A stretch of 64,000 nucleotides of DNA from Longimicrobiales bacterium (lineage in GTDB: Bacteria > Gemmatimonadota > Gemmatimonadetes > Longimicrobiales > Gaopeijiaceae). The notes under the pieces were generated by a model. The model did no database searches. It was not told the DNA's origin and saw only the letters and a list, made by a program, of their open reading frames with translations. The stretch covers positions 704,001 to 768,000 of the forward strand of contig CAXXKM010000001.1 in the NCBI GenBank assembly GCA_963664435.2. The letters are read 5' to 3'. The translations under genes were made by a program, and so were the position numbers. Shown piece after piece: positions 7,980 to 17,191 of the stretch; positions within the stretch are counted from its first letter, which is position 1, and each line of letters begins with the position of its first letter.

Positions 7980-10556
7980 ATGAACATGATTGGTCAAAGG
8001 ACTAAGCTGGACGGATTGGCGTGCCTCGCGCGTCCTTGGCAGGCGACACTCGCCCTGGCCCTCGCCCTGCTGGCGGGCACCGGGACTGCTGCGGCACAGG
8101 ACACCATGCCCCCGGGGCTGGAGTACGCGAGGATCGACGGGACGACGCTGACACTCCGATTCGATAAGCCGGTGGGGTTAGGGATGCCCAAGCAGGTCGT
8201 GCACGGGTTCACGGTCGCCGGGATCTCGGACAGCGCCAGCGTGCATCCGACTACGATGAAGTGGGACAGCCGGACGGCCACACTCGAATTCGGCACGCGC
8301 GCGGAACCGGGGCAGACGGTCACGGTGAGCTACGATCCGGACGAGGTCCCCAACTCGCCCCCCACTCCGGAGCACCCGAATGGGCTGCCCGCGGCCCTGG
8401 TCTACACCGACGGCACCTGGGTGCCGAAGTTCTCCGACGCGCCGGTGACCATCCTGGCTCCGAAGCCCGCGACGGACCTCACGTTTTCGAACCAGTTCGG
8501 GTTGACAGTCGATCTGTCCTGGACGCAGCCCGTCCACCCCGAGGGCGTGGTCGCCAAGGTGGTAGTTGACGTGTCGTCAGACTCGCTTTTCTACACGATT
8601 GGACGTTGGCCAATCCATGCGGACTCGACCTCGATAACAATGATGATAGAACACGGATGGGGTTACACTGATTACTTCCGCGTCCGGTACTTAACCGACA
8701 ACTATCATGCGGATTCCGAGGTCGCGACGTGGACGAGTACGCAGGAGGGTCTGAAATCCCCCACCGGCTTGACGGCGTCGAACGCGACGCAGACAACGGT
8801 CGACCTAGCATGGACGCTACCGGATCAGGCCGTGTGGGTAGCGCAGGCGGCGTCGGTGGGTGAGGTCTGGAGCGAAGTGCAACAGCAGCAGGCGGATGGG
8901 ACCTGGAGCAGGGTGGCGAAGCTTGCCGCCGACGCGGTGGCGCACACAGTGACCGGACTGAGCGCCGGGACGGCCTACAGCTTCCGTGTTTTGCTCGATT
9001 CGCGCAATAACTTCGCGGACTCGGAGCCCGTGTCCGTGACCACCTTGGACGACAGGCCACCGCTGACGGCGGCGTTCCACGATGTGCCGGCCACGCACGG
9101 CGGCAGGCGCGCCGACTTTAGCTTCGAGCTTCGTTTCAGCGAGAACTTCCCGGGGAAGCTGCCCTACAAGAAGCTCAGAGACGAGGCGCTTAGTGCGACG
9201 AACGGCAAAGTGACGCGCGCGCGCCGGGCGGCGCAGAACCAGAACCAGCGCTGGATCATCACGGTGCGGCCGCTCTCGTCCGAGGACGTGACCGTGACGC
9301 TGGCGGCGACGACCGATTGCTCGGCGGCAGCCGCGATCTGCACGCCGGACGGTCGACCGCTGTCGAACTCCCCCTCGGCGACGATCCAGGGGCCGTCGGC
9401 GCCGGAGGCGACCGGCGTGAAGGTGTCATCGCACGCCGGCGCGGACAGCACCTATGTCTTGGGCGATACGATTCGCGTGACGCTGACTTTCAGCCAGCCG
9501 GTGGAGGTGACGGGCACGCCGCAGCTGAAGATCGACATGGACCCGGCGCACTGGGGCGAGAAGTTGGCCAGCTACGAGAGCGGCGGAGGGGACGACATGA
9601 CGTTCGCCCACGTGGTGGTGGAGCCTAATCTTTCAACCCAGGGGATCGCGGTGCTCGCGAACACACTTCGGCTCAACGGCGGCACGATCAGGTCCAAGGC
9701 GACAGGTGCGGACGCCGACCTGGCGCATGCCGGGCTGGCCCACGATCCGGCCCACAAGGTGGACTGGCGGCAGTCGGCGAGCTCGGGTGACGTGGCCAAC
9801 GGCGACGTGGTGGAAGACCCGTCGGTTCTCGCGGACGAGGCGCTGGCCGTAGCGGACGGGTTGAGCCCGGACGAGGCCGCCGCGGCGCTGTTCGGTGAGG
9901 GGACGCTCAGCGAGGCCAGGCAGGCCGCGCTCGACCTTCTGGGCAACCGGAACGGCGGCTACGATCTCGGGGACCTGCTCTCCTGGATCGAGCGCTGCCG
10001 AAGAGGTGAAGCCCGGTGCGGAGGAACACCTACCGATTCCAGTCCCACTTCGGGCGCCGCCCTCATCGGGGCTGCGGCAGCCGGACGGCGGGGGAACTCC
10101 AGGCGCCGCGGGCGCTCACGCGTCCGCGGCACGGGTCGCCGGGCGGGCAATGCCGGATGGGCGCTCACCGTGCTGCTCGCAGCCGCAATGACTTGGTCGT
10201 GCACCGGTGATGCGATGGCGCCAACCGCTCCGGCCGCCACCGTACCGGATCCGGGTCTCCTGACGGTCGAGTGGAGTGGGCCGGCAGCGAGAGCCGATAT
10301 CGGCGTCCTGCTGGAGTTGGAGGGTCCCACAATCGACGCCGTGCGAGCTCCCGGTCTCGAGCTGTACGAATCCGGAGCAGAGGAGCGCCATCAGATCGTC
10401 GTGGCGGGCGTCCTCCGGCCGGGTCCCCTCATGCAGTTCCACGTACCGGACCGCAACCAGTTCTCTCTGTACCGGGTCCGCGTCCTACAGGTCACGGGTG
10501 AGGGCTACGGGCTCCGGGACCCAACGGAGTACCGGGCCGTGGTCGTCACGAACTGA
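7980..10556 (+). CDS. Secreted/surface multidomain protein (SwmB-like repeat, fibronectin type III and Ig-like modules)
   Basis: Signal peptide ending AAAQ; PPGLEYARIDGTTLTLRFD; FN3-like PTGLTASNATQTTVDLAW...VTGLSAGTAYSFRV; AGGAGG RBS. Confidence 0.75.
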   Translation: MNMIGQRTKLDGLACLARPWQATLALALALLAGTGTAAAQDTMPPGLEYARIDGTTLTLRFDKPVGLGMPKQVVHGFTVAGISDSASVHPTTMKWDSRTATLEFGTRAEPGQTVTVSYDPDEVPNSPPTPEHPNGLPAALVYTDGTWVPKFSDAPVTILAPKPATDLTFSNQFGLTVDLSWTQPVHPEGVVAKVVVDVSSDSLFYTIGRWPIHADSTSITMMIEHGWGYTDYFRVRYLTDNYHADSEVATWTSTQEGLKSPTGLTASNATQTTVDLAWTLPDQAVWVAQAASVGEVWSEVQQQQADGTWSRVAKLAADAVAHTVTGLSAGTAYSFRVLLDSRNNFADSEPVSVTTLDDRPPLTAAFHDVPATHGGRRADFSFELRFSENFPGKLPYKKLRDEALSATNGKVTRARRAAQNQNQRWIITVRPLSSEDVTVTLAATTDCSAAAAICTPDGRPLSNSPSATIQGPSAPEATGVKVSSHAGADSTYVLGDTIRVTLTFSQPVEVTGTPQLKIDMDPAHWGEKLASYESGGGDDMTFAHVVVEPNLSTQGIAVLANTLRLNGGTIRSKATGADADLAHAGLAHDPAHKVDWRQSASSGDVANGDVVEDPSVLADEALAVADGLSPDEAAAALFGEGTLSEARQAALDLLGNRNGGYDLGDLLSWIERCRRGEARCGGTPTDSSPTSGAALIGAAAAGRRGNSRRRGRSRVRGTGRRAGNAGWALTVLLAAAMTWSCTGDAMAPTAPAATVPDPGLLTVEWSGPAARADIGVLLELEGPTIDAVRAPGLELYESGAEERHQIVVAGVLRPGPLMQFHVPDRNQFSLYRVRVLQVTGEGYGLRDPTEYRAVVVTN

Positions 10557-10576
10557 CAACCCCCACCAAGATGGGT

Positions 10577-10614
10577 CCCCCGACGCGCCCGACGAGGTCC
10601 GAGTGCGTCGGGGG
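10577..10614 (+). terminator. GC-rich hairpin after the surface-protein stop, possible terminator
   Basis: CCCCCGACGC...GCGTCGGGGG 10-bp stem; no U-tract. Confidence 0.4.
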
Positions 10615-11225
10615 GGCCACGCCCGCAGCGGCCGGGGCGCGCGCAGGTGTCGCGCGTCCCGGCCGCTTAAGGGTTGCACCAAGCAGCGCCTTCTTGAGGG
10701 GCCGGATGATGCCGGGTTGTCCAGTAGAGCCCGCGTCACTGCCAACCCCGACTTCCCGTCCCGCCATCCCCGCACCAGCGCACGTCGGTCCGCTGGCGCC
10801 GTAGGGCCGTCTGCCAGCCGCGCATGCGATGAAGCGCGCGGCCCGTCCGCGAACGCCATCCCTCTCCGGGCCGGGAATCGACCAGCTCCACTAGCGTCGT
10901 CCTCTTCCCAGCCACCGCCCGGCCTCGCGAACGGCATCCCCTTCCCGCGAACGCTCGACTTCCGTCGTGCCGCCCGGCGCGTGTCCCGAACCGGTCGCAC
11001 CTGGGCCGGGCTCCGTCGGTCGAGCCTCGCACGCCACCCCCGCTCTCGCATCCCCTCCCGCCTTCCGGAGGTGTGCGCCGCCGCACTGGCGACGGGCTCC
11101 CGGACGTCGCGGACAACGTCGGATAACTACTTACACCACGGACACTTAGGAGATCTCCTAAGAGTTGACTTCCTGGAAAAGGTCCTTTCAACGTTACGGG
11201 CCTTGACACGGCTGGATCGGCTCTC

Positions 11226-11777
11226 ATGCAGACCCTGGAGGAGCAATTCAACAGACGGCTGAACGCGTTCCTGGCCAGCACGGGCATGTGCCCGACGACG
11301 CTCGGCATGATGGCGGTGGGCGACCCGAGCCTGTTGCGCCAGATCGAGCGGGGACGCTCGCCGTCCCTCAGGACGGCGGACCGGATTCTGGCCTTCATGG
11401 CCGCCTACGAGGCGGACTCGGGCGGGGCGAGAGATCCGCCCGCCCGGCCTGCCGCGCCGAGGCCGGCGAGACGGTGGAGGAAGACGAACCGGAGCGGAGC
11501 GATGAGGAAAGACCGGAGGACTGCGAGAACGAGGCCGACGATCCGTTTCCTGCGGATCTCGGAAGTCGAGGCGCTGACCGGCCTGTCGCGGACCACGATC
11601 TACGACTGGTCGGCGGACGGGCGCTTTCCCCGGGCGGTCCGGCTGAGCGGGCGCGCGGTGCGCTGGATCGAGTCGGAGGTCCTGGAATGGATGGATGAGC
11701 GGATCGAGCACGACCGGGTCGGGGACGACGCCCCGGCGCCGACACCACAACTGACTCCCGAGGAGGAGAGCGAATGA
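11226..11777 (+). CDS. Cro-like HTH fused to an AlpA-family regulator
   Basis: N-terminal GDPSLLRQIERGRSPSLRTADRI; C-terminal FLRISEVEALTGLSRTTIY...FPRAVRLSGRAVRWIESEV. Confidence 0.8.
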   Translation: MQTLEEQFNRRLNAFLASTGMCPTTLGMMAVGDPSLLRQIERGRSPSLRTADRILAFMAAYEADSGGARDPPARPAAPRPARRWRKTNRSGAMRKDRRTARTRPTIRFLRISEVEALTGLSRTTIYDWSADGRFPRAVRLSGRAVRWIESEVLEWMDERIEHDRVGDDAPAPTPQLTPEEESE

Positions 11778-12061
11778 GAACGTTGTCGAGAACGCTGAAG
11801 GTGGCCGCCTGGGCCGCGCTGCTGGCGCTGACGCCGGGTGTGCTCTGGGCGCAGGGGACGAGCCCATGGGTCGAGGCGGTGGACGAGCTACAGACGCAGT
11901 TCACGGGTCCGATCGCGCGCGGGCTGTCGCTGATCGCGATCGTGGTGGGCGGGCTGATGTTCGCGTTCGGCGAAGGCGGCAGCAAGCGCACGCTGGCCGG
12001 GATCATCTTCGGGATCGGGATGGCCGTCGGTGCCGTGAACTTCCTGGCCTGGCTGTTCTGA
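11774..12061 (+). CDS. virB2: TrbC/VirB2 pilin
   Basis: Signal peptide, SPWVEA...FTGPIARGLSLIAIVVGGLMFAFGEGG, two hydrophobic segments. Confidence 0.88.
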   Translation: MRTLSRTLKVAAWAALLALTPGVLWAQGTSPWVEAVDELQTQFTGPIARGLSLIAIVVGGLMFAFGEGGSKRTLAGIIFGIGMAVGAVNFLAWLF

Positions 12062-12366
12062 TGCGGGGACTGAGGCGCTGGGCGGGCTACGCCGCGCTCA
12101 ACCGGCCGCTCACCGTTCTGGGCGTCGAGCGGCGGCTGTTCCTGCTGGGCGCGACGCTCGCGCTCTCGGTGTGGAACGCGACGGCCTCGCTGGTGGCGGG
12201 CGGCGTGATCTTCGCCGGCTGCTACGGTGCGGGCTGGCTCGCTGGCCGGAAGGACCCGGCCATGCTCGCGGTGCTCCGTGCGGCGTCGCGCCACCCGGCG
12301 CGGTTCGATCCGGGCAAGTGGGCGGCTGAGCCCTGGCACCTGAAGGTCCGGGGAACCGGCGAGTGA
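12061..12366 (+). CDS. virB3: TrbD/VirB3 protein
   Basis: MRGLRR...ALNRPLTVLGVER...RKDP; lies between virB2 and virB4. Confidence 0.8.
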   Translation: MRGLRRWAGYAALNRPLTVLGVERRLFLLGATLALSVWNATASLVAGGVIFAGCYGAGWLAGRKDPAMLAVLRAASRHPARFDPGKWAAEPWHLKVRGTGE

Positions 12367-14810
12367 GGGTCGCCGAGGAGCTTCGGGCGCACGAGGCGGC
12401 GGGCTCGCTGGCCGAGGAGCTGCCCTATTGGGGCTGGCTCGACGATGGCCGCACCTGCCTGGCGCGCTCGGGCGAGTTGATCGCGGCCGGCCGGCTGTTG
12501 CCCGCCGCCGTGGACGGGCGCACGCCGGAGCAGGTCGACCGGGTGCTGGGGCTCTGGCAGCGGCTTCTGTCGGGACTCGACCCGAGCGCGCGCCTCTACT
12601 TCTATCTGCTCCGGCGCCCGGCGGCGATGGCCGATCCGGCGGCTGCGAACGTTTCCGAGATCGCGTCCGTCTCGGGGCGTAAACGCCGTTCGTTCCTGGC
12701 CCGGCGGGTGCAGCGGCTGGACGCCTACGTCGTCTGGTCGCTCGGGTCCGCTCTCCGTCCGGTGGCCAGGCGCACGCGGTCCGGACCGCTGGCCCGGCTC
12801 GCCCGGCTGCGCAAGCGCCGGAAGAAAGGCGCGCCGACGTACCTCGCCTCCGAGGTCGAGGCGGCGGCGGACCGGTTCCGCGCGATGGTCGAGGCGGGCC
12901 GCTCGCTGGTGGCCGAGCACACGCCAGTCGAGATGCTGGAGGCCGTGGAAGCGTCCCGGCTGCTGTCGGAACTGATCAACCGCCCGGGCATGGCGTGGGA
13001 CGGCGCGACGGGCAGCGGCATGAACTGGCGGCTCGCACTGTCGGAGCTGGAGGCCGAGCGCAGTCACCTGAAGCTGGACGGCGAGCCGTTGATCCTCTAC
13101 TCGCTGTTGTCACCGCCGGGCCAGGCCCACGCCAACCTGCTCAAGGATCTCTACTGCCTCGATGCCACGTTGACCGTCTCGCTCGAATGGCGGCCGTGGA
13201 CGGTCGAGGCGGCCAGGCGGCGGATCCGGGGCGCGCAGCGGCACTACTTCTCGCGCCGCTACTCGATGATGGCGCACGTGCAGGAGACCGAGGGCACCGC
13301 GTCGGCGATGGTCGACTCGGCCGCCGCGGTCGAGTCGGACCGGCTGGGCGCCGCGCTCGTCGAACTCGAAGCCGACGGCGTGGCCTACGGCGAGGCGGCG
13401 CTCACCGTCGCGCTCCACGGCGAGCTTGAGGATATCGAGCGGCTGGACGGCGACGTGCGCCGCCTGTTCGCCGCGCACGACGCGAAGGCAGTCCGCGAGG
13501 GCTACGGCCAGCTGCCCGTCTGGTTCTCGCGGCTGCCGGCCCAGCCGCGCAAGCGGCAGGTCAGGACGGCGTTCGTCTCGGCCGGGCTCACCGCTTGCCT
13601 CGCGCCCGTGTTCGGGCCGCCGAAGGGTTCGGCCCGGTGCAAGCACCTGGACCGCGAGTCGCTCGCGGTGCTGGAGACGCCTTGGCGCACGGCGTACCAC
13701 TACGACCTGTTCCGTGGCGACGTGGGCCACACGCTGATCCTGGGCGCGACGGGCTCGGGCAAGAGCTTCGCGCTCAACTTCCTGCTGGTCGAGGCGCTCA
13801 AGTACGGTCCGCGCGTGCTGATCCTGGACCTGGGCGGCTCCTACCGCTGGCTGACCCGGTTCCTCGGGGGTTCCTACCTCGAGCTCACGCCCGGCAGCGA
13901 CGCCGATTCCGGGCTGAGCCTTCAGCCGTTCGCGCTGCCCGCGGGCACGCGCACGTTCCAGTTCCTGACCGGCTGGGTGCTCCGGCTGCTGAGGCTCGGG
14001 GGCTACGAGCCGACGGGCGCGGACACGAGCGAGATCCGCTCTCGGATCGAGGACCTGTACGCGCTTGGAGCCGAGCGCCGCACGCTGAGCGTGCTGACCG
14101 GCTCGCTTCCCGCCGCCATGTGGCCGGCGCTCAGCCGCTGGACCGGCGACGGCGTCTGGGGCCGGTTCTTCGACAACGCGCCGGTCGGCGGGGCCGACCT
14201 CGAGTTCCGCGACTGGCAGGTGATCGACCTGGCGGGCGCGGCGGAGCACGCGGACCTGTGCGAGGCGGCGCTGGCCTACTTGCTCGAACGGATGCGGCTG
14301 GAGATTGAGGACCCCCAGGAAGCCGCGCGGCTCAAGCTGATGGTCGTGGACGAGGCGTGGCGCTACCTGGCCGACCCGGCCGTGCTCGCCTATCTGGCCG
14401 AGGCCGCGAAGACGTGGCGCAAGAAGAACGCCGCGCTCGTGCTCGCCACCCAGTCGGCCGTGGACATGACCGGGACGTCCGGCGCATCGGCGCTGCTCGA
14501 GTCGATCCCGACGAAGCTGTTCCTGGCGAACCCCGAGTTGCCGGACGAAGTCGGCGTCGTGTTCCGGCTGAACGAGTCGGAGGTCGGGCGGATCCGGGAG
14601 CTGACGCCCAAGCGCGAACTGTATCTCCGGCGCCCGGACGAGGCGGCCGTGCTCCGCCTCGAAGTCGATCCGGAGAGCTACTGGCTCTACACGTCCTCGC
14701 CGCTGGACGCCGAGCGGCGGGCCGAGGCCGTCGAGAGACACGGACTCGCCAAGGCGCTCGAAGTCCTGGCGAACCCCAATCCCCAACCCACTACCCCAAG
14801 GAGGACATGA
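12363..14810 (+). CDS. virB4: VirB4/TrbE ATPase
   Basis: GHTLILGATGSGKS Walker A; MVVDEAW Walker B; WRKKNAALVLATQS. Confidence 0.92.
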   Translation: MRVAEELRAHEAAGSLAEELPYWGWLDDGRTCLARSGELIAAGRLLPAAVDGRTPEQVDRVLGLWQRLLSGLDPSARLYFYLLRRPAAMADPAAANVSEIASVSGRKRRSFLARRVQRLDAYVVWSLGSALRPVARRTRSGPLARLARLRKRRKKGAPTYLASEVEAAADRFRAMVEAGRSLVAEHTPVEMLEAVEASRLLSELINRPGMAWDGATGSGMNWRLALSELEAERSHLKLDGEPLILYSLLSPPGQAHANLLKDLYCLDATLTVSLEWRPWTVEAARRRIRGAQRHYFSRRYSMMAHVQETEGTASAMVDSAAAVESDRLGAALVELEADGVAYGEAALTVALHGELEDIERLDGDVRRLFAAHDAKAVREGYGQLPVWFSRLPAQPRKRQVRTAFVSAGLTACLAPVFGPPKGSARCKHLDRESLAVLETPWRTAYHYDLFRGDVGHTLILGATGSGKSFALNFLLVEALKYGPRVLILDLGGSYRWLTRFLGGSYLELTPGSDADSGLSLQPFALPAGTRTFQFLTGWVLRLLRLGGYEPTGADTSEIRSRIEDLYALGAERRTLSVLTGSLPAAMWPALSRWTGDGVWGRFFDNAPVGGADLEFRDWQVIDLAGAAEHADLCEAALAYLLERMRLEIEDPQEAARLKLMVVDEAWRYLADPAVLAYLAEAAKTWRKKNAALVLATQSAVDMTGTSGASALLESIPTKLFLANPELPDEVGVVFRLNESEVGRIRELTPKRELYLRRPDEAAVLRLEVDPESYWLYTSSPLDAERRAEAVERHGLAKALEVLANPNPQPTTPRRT

Positions 14811-14814
14811 CGCC

Positions 14815-15321
14815 ATGAGGCTACCGATCGTCACCGCCGTACTGACGCTTCTGCTGGCCGCGTACCCCGTCGGCGCCCAGGAACACAAGGCCGCTGAGAA
14901 GCGGGATGAGGACGCGACGTTCCTTCGCGTGCCCGCCGCCGAGGCCGGCCAGGACCACATTTACTCTGTTCGCGCGCGCGTGAGGCACACGACCGTGATC
15001 GTGCTCCCGGCATCCGAGAGGATCCTCGACTTCGTTGCCGGCGACTCGGAGTACTGGCACCTGACGGGTGCGGCCAACGTCGCTTACCTCAAGCCCCTGG
15101 CCGAGGACGCGGCCACCAACATCGCGCTCGTCTGCGAGTCGGGCCGCATCTACTCGTTTCTGGTCTCGGAGCACGGCGACGAACCCCCGCACCTGGTCGT
15201 CCGGGTCGAAGACGGACTGGATGCCGCGGGCATGTCCGGCACCGGCCTTCCCGCGTTCGTAGCGCGGAGCGAGGTCGCCGCCTACCGGGAGATGGCCGCC
15301 GAGGCGGCCGAGTCGGCGACG
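14815..15321 (+). pseudogene. virB9: VirB9/TrbG N-terminal part (gene interrupted by insertion)
   Basis: Signal peptide; HTTVIVLPASERI...YLKP...TNIALVCESGRIYSF; frame runs into the foreign insert at 15322. Confidence 0.8.
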
Positions 15322-15469
15322 GTAGCCTACTCTGATCCAGTAACATCCAAGGGCGTTCCGAGTAGTACAGCATATCGTTGTTATACAACGCTTTATCCAG
15401 ACTCCGACTGCTTCTTGTGCTCTCGTCACGTTCCTTGACGTCCAATCCCATCCCACATATTATGAGGTA

Positions 15470-16693
15470 ATGGATGACGTAACCCGCACCCCCGCCCCGA
15501 CCCGGAAAACCAAGCCGAAGGGCCGCCACCCCCACAAGCGGCTCTCGGCTGCCTTCGTGCGCGCCGCACCTCCCGGGAGGCACTGCGACGGTAATGGACT
15601 CTACCTCTACGTTCAGCCGAGCGGTGCGCGCAGTTGGGTGCAGCGGCTCGTCATTCGTGGCCGCCGCCGCGACTTCGGACTCGGCAGCGTTGCCTTGGTC
15701 TCTCTCGCCGAAGCACGCGAGAAGGCGCGGGCCAACCGCAAGCTCGCCCGCGAGGGCGGGGATCCGCTCGCCGAACGGCGTCGTGCGCGGGGCGTGCCCA
15801 GCTTCGCGGAGGCGACGAGGATCGTCCTGAAGCAGAAGCAGCCCGGGTGGCGCAGCAAGGCGCACGGGAAGTACTGGCTGTCGACTCTGGAACGCTACGC
15901 CTTCCCCCGGATCGGCAAGATCGCGGTCTCGGAGGTGGCCACGGCCGACGTTCTGGAGATCCTGACCCCGATCTGGCACACGAAGAAGTCCACGGCCCAG
16001 TCGGTGCATCAGCGCATGGGCTCGGTGTTGGAGTGGGCGGTGGCGATGGAGTACCGGACCGACAACCCCTGCGACCGGGTCCGGCCGGTGCTCGGGCCAC
16101 AGAATCGGGTCGTGAAGCACATGAAGGCGCTCCCTCATAGGGAGGTTGGAGCGGCGATCAGGAAAGCGAGGAGGACGGACCAGATGCCGGTGGCGCGCCT
16201 GGCGTTCGAGTTTCTGGTGCTGACGGCGGCGAGGTGGGGCGAAGTGCGTTGGGCCGAATGGTCGGAGATCGACTTGGGCGAAGCGGTGTGGACGGTGCCC
16301 GCCACGCGCATGAAGGCGAAGCGGGAGCACCGGGTGCCGCTATGCGGGCGGGCGCGGGAGATCCTTGACGAGGCGCGAAGGCTGGGCGGAGAGGACTGCC
16401 GGTTGGTGTTCACGCGGTTGAACGGACGGCCGCTTTTCGAGAAGCGGCTGCGCCAGCTGCTCCAGAAGCACCGGATCGCCGCGGTGCCGCACGGGTTCCG
16501 GTCGTCGTTCCGGGACTGGGCCGCCGAGGAGACGGACCATCCCCGGGAGGTGGTCGAGGCGGCGCTGGCGCACGTGGTCCAGAACAAGGTGGAAGCCGCG
16601 TACCGGCGTACCGACCTGTTCGAGCGGAGGCGGCGGCTCATGGATGACTGGGCAGCGTATCTCGCGGCCGGGAGCGCGGGCACCGAGACCTGA
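15470..16693 (+). CDS. P4-like tyrosine integrase with arm-DNA-binding domain
   Basis: DGNGLYLYV...SW...GLGS...VSLAEAREKA; LTAARWGEV, MKAKREH, PHGFRSSF, LAH, AYRRTDL. Confidence 0.93.
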   Translation: MDDVTRTPAPTRKTKPKGRHPHKRLSAAFVRAAPPGRHCDGNGLYLYVQPSGARSWVQRLVIRGRRRDFGLGSVALVSLAEAREKARANRKLAREGGDPLAERRRARGVPSFAEATRIVLKQKQPGWRSKAHGKYWLSTLERYAFPRIGKIAVSEVATADVLEILTPIWHTKKSTAQSVHQRMGSVLEWAVAMEYRTDNPCDRVRPVLGPQNRVVKHMKALPHREVGAAIRKARRTDQMPVARLAFEFLVLTAARWGEVRWAEWSEIDLGEAVWTVPATRMKAKREHRVPLCGRAREILDEARRLGGEDCRLVFTRLNGRPLFEKRLRQLLQKHRIAAVPHGFRSSFRDWAAEETDHPREVVEAALAHVVQNKVEAAYRRTDLFERRRRLMDDWAAYLAAGSAGTET

Positions 16694-16970
16694 CGCCTCC
16701 CGCGACGCGTTCGGAAGCCGTTTCCGGTCGGTCCGAAGGCTATTCGGGGAATCTACGGGCCACAGAATGGCCCAGAATCGACGATCCCGGGTCTCCGAGG
16801 GGTAGGGGTAGGTGGCAATCGGGCCGCGCGGCAGAGTGCGGCGGGGTCACGGGGAGTGATGGGTCGGCCGGTTGCCCTCGCGTCCTTGAGGCCGGCGACC
16901 TTGCCCGCGACGCCTCGATGGGCGTTGTTCCGGGCGGTGCCCGGAGAGGCGTTTTCGGCGGCTCCGCCGG

Positions 16971-17025
16971 GCTGGCTTGACCCACTGTTCTATGGTCAAG
17001 CCAGCATACCCCGTGTATAACACGG
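16971..17025. promoter_or_regulatory. oriT-like structure: perfect 12-bp inverted repeat followed by a second palindrome
   Basis: GCTGGCTTGACC-N11-GGTCAAGCCAGC, then CCGTGT-ATA-ACACGG. Confidence 0.5.
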
Positions 17026-17191
17026 AGGCTGACGAGGGGTGGCTCCGCTCCCCCTTCGAACCCCCTGAGTCTACTCCGCTCCCTTGAAGGTCACGGCTGA
17101 GGCGTCGCCCCTCATCCCGGCCATCTCCGGGTCGAAAAAGACTATCGCCGCGCGGGCGTCGCACGTGATCTCCTGATCGTCGACCCGGTCG

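Noticed and set aside
11084..11095. CACTGGCGACGG matches 12 nt of the predicted circle junction of the virB9-inserted element
   Set aside because: Short GC-rich match with no supporting arm sites; could be chance
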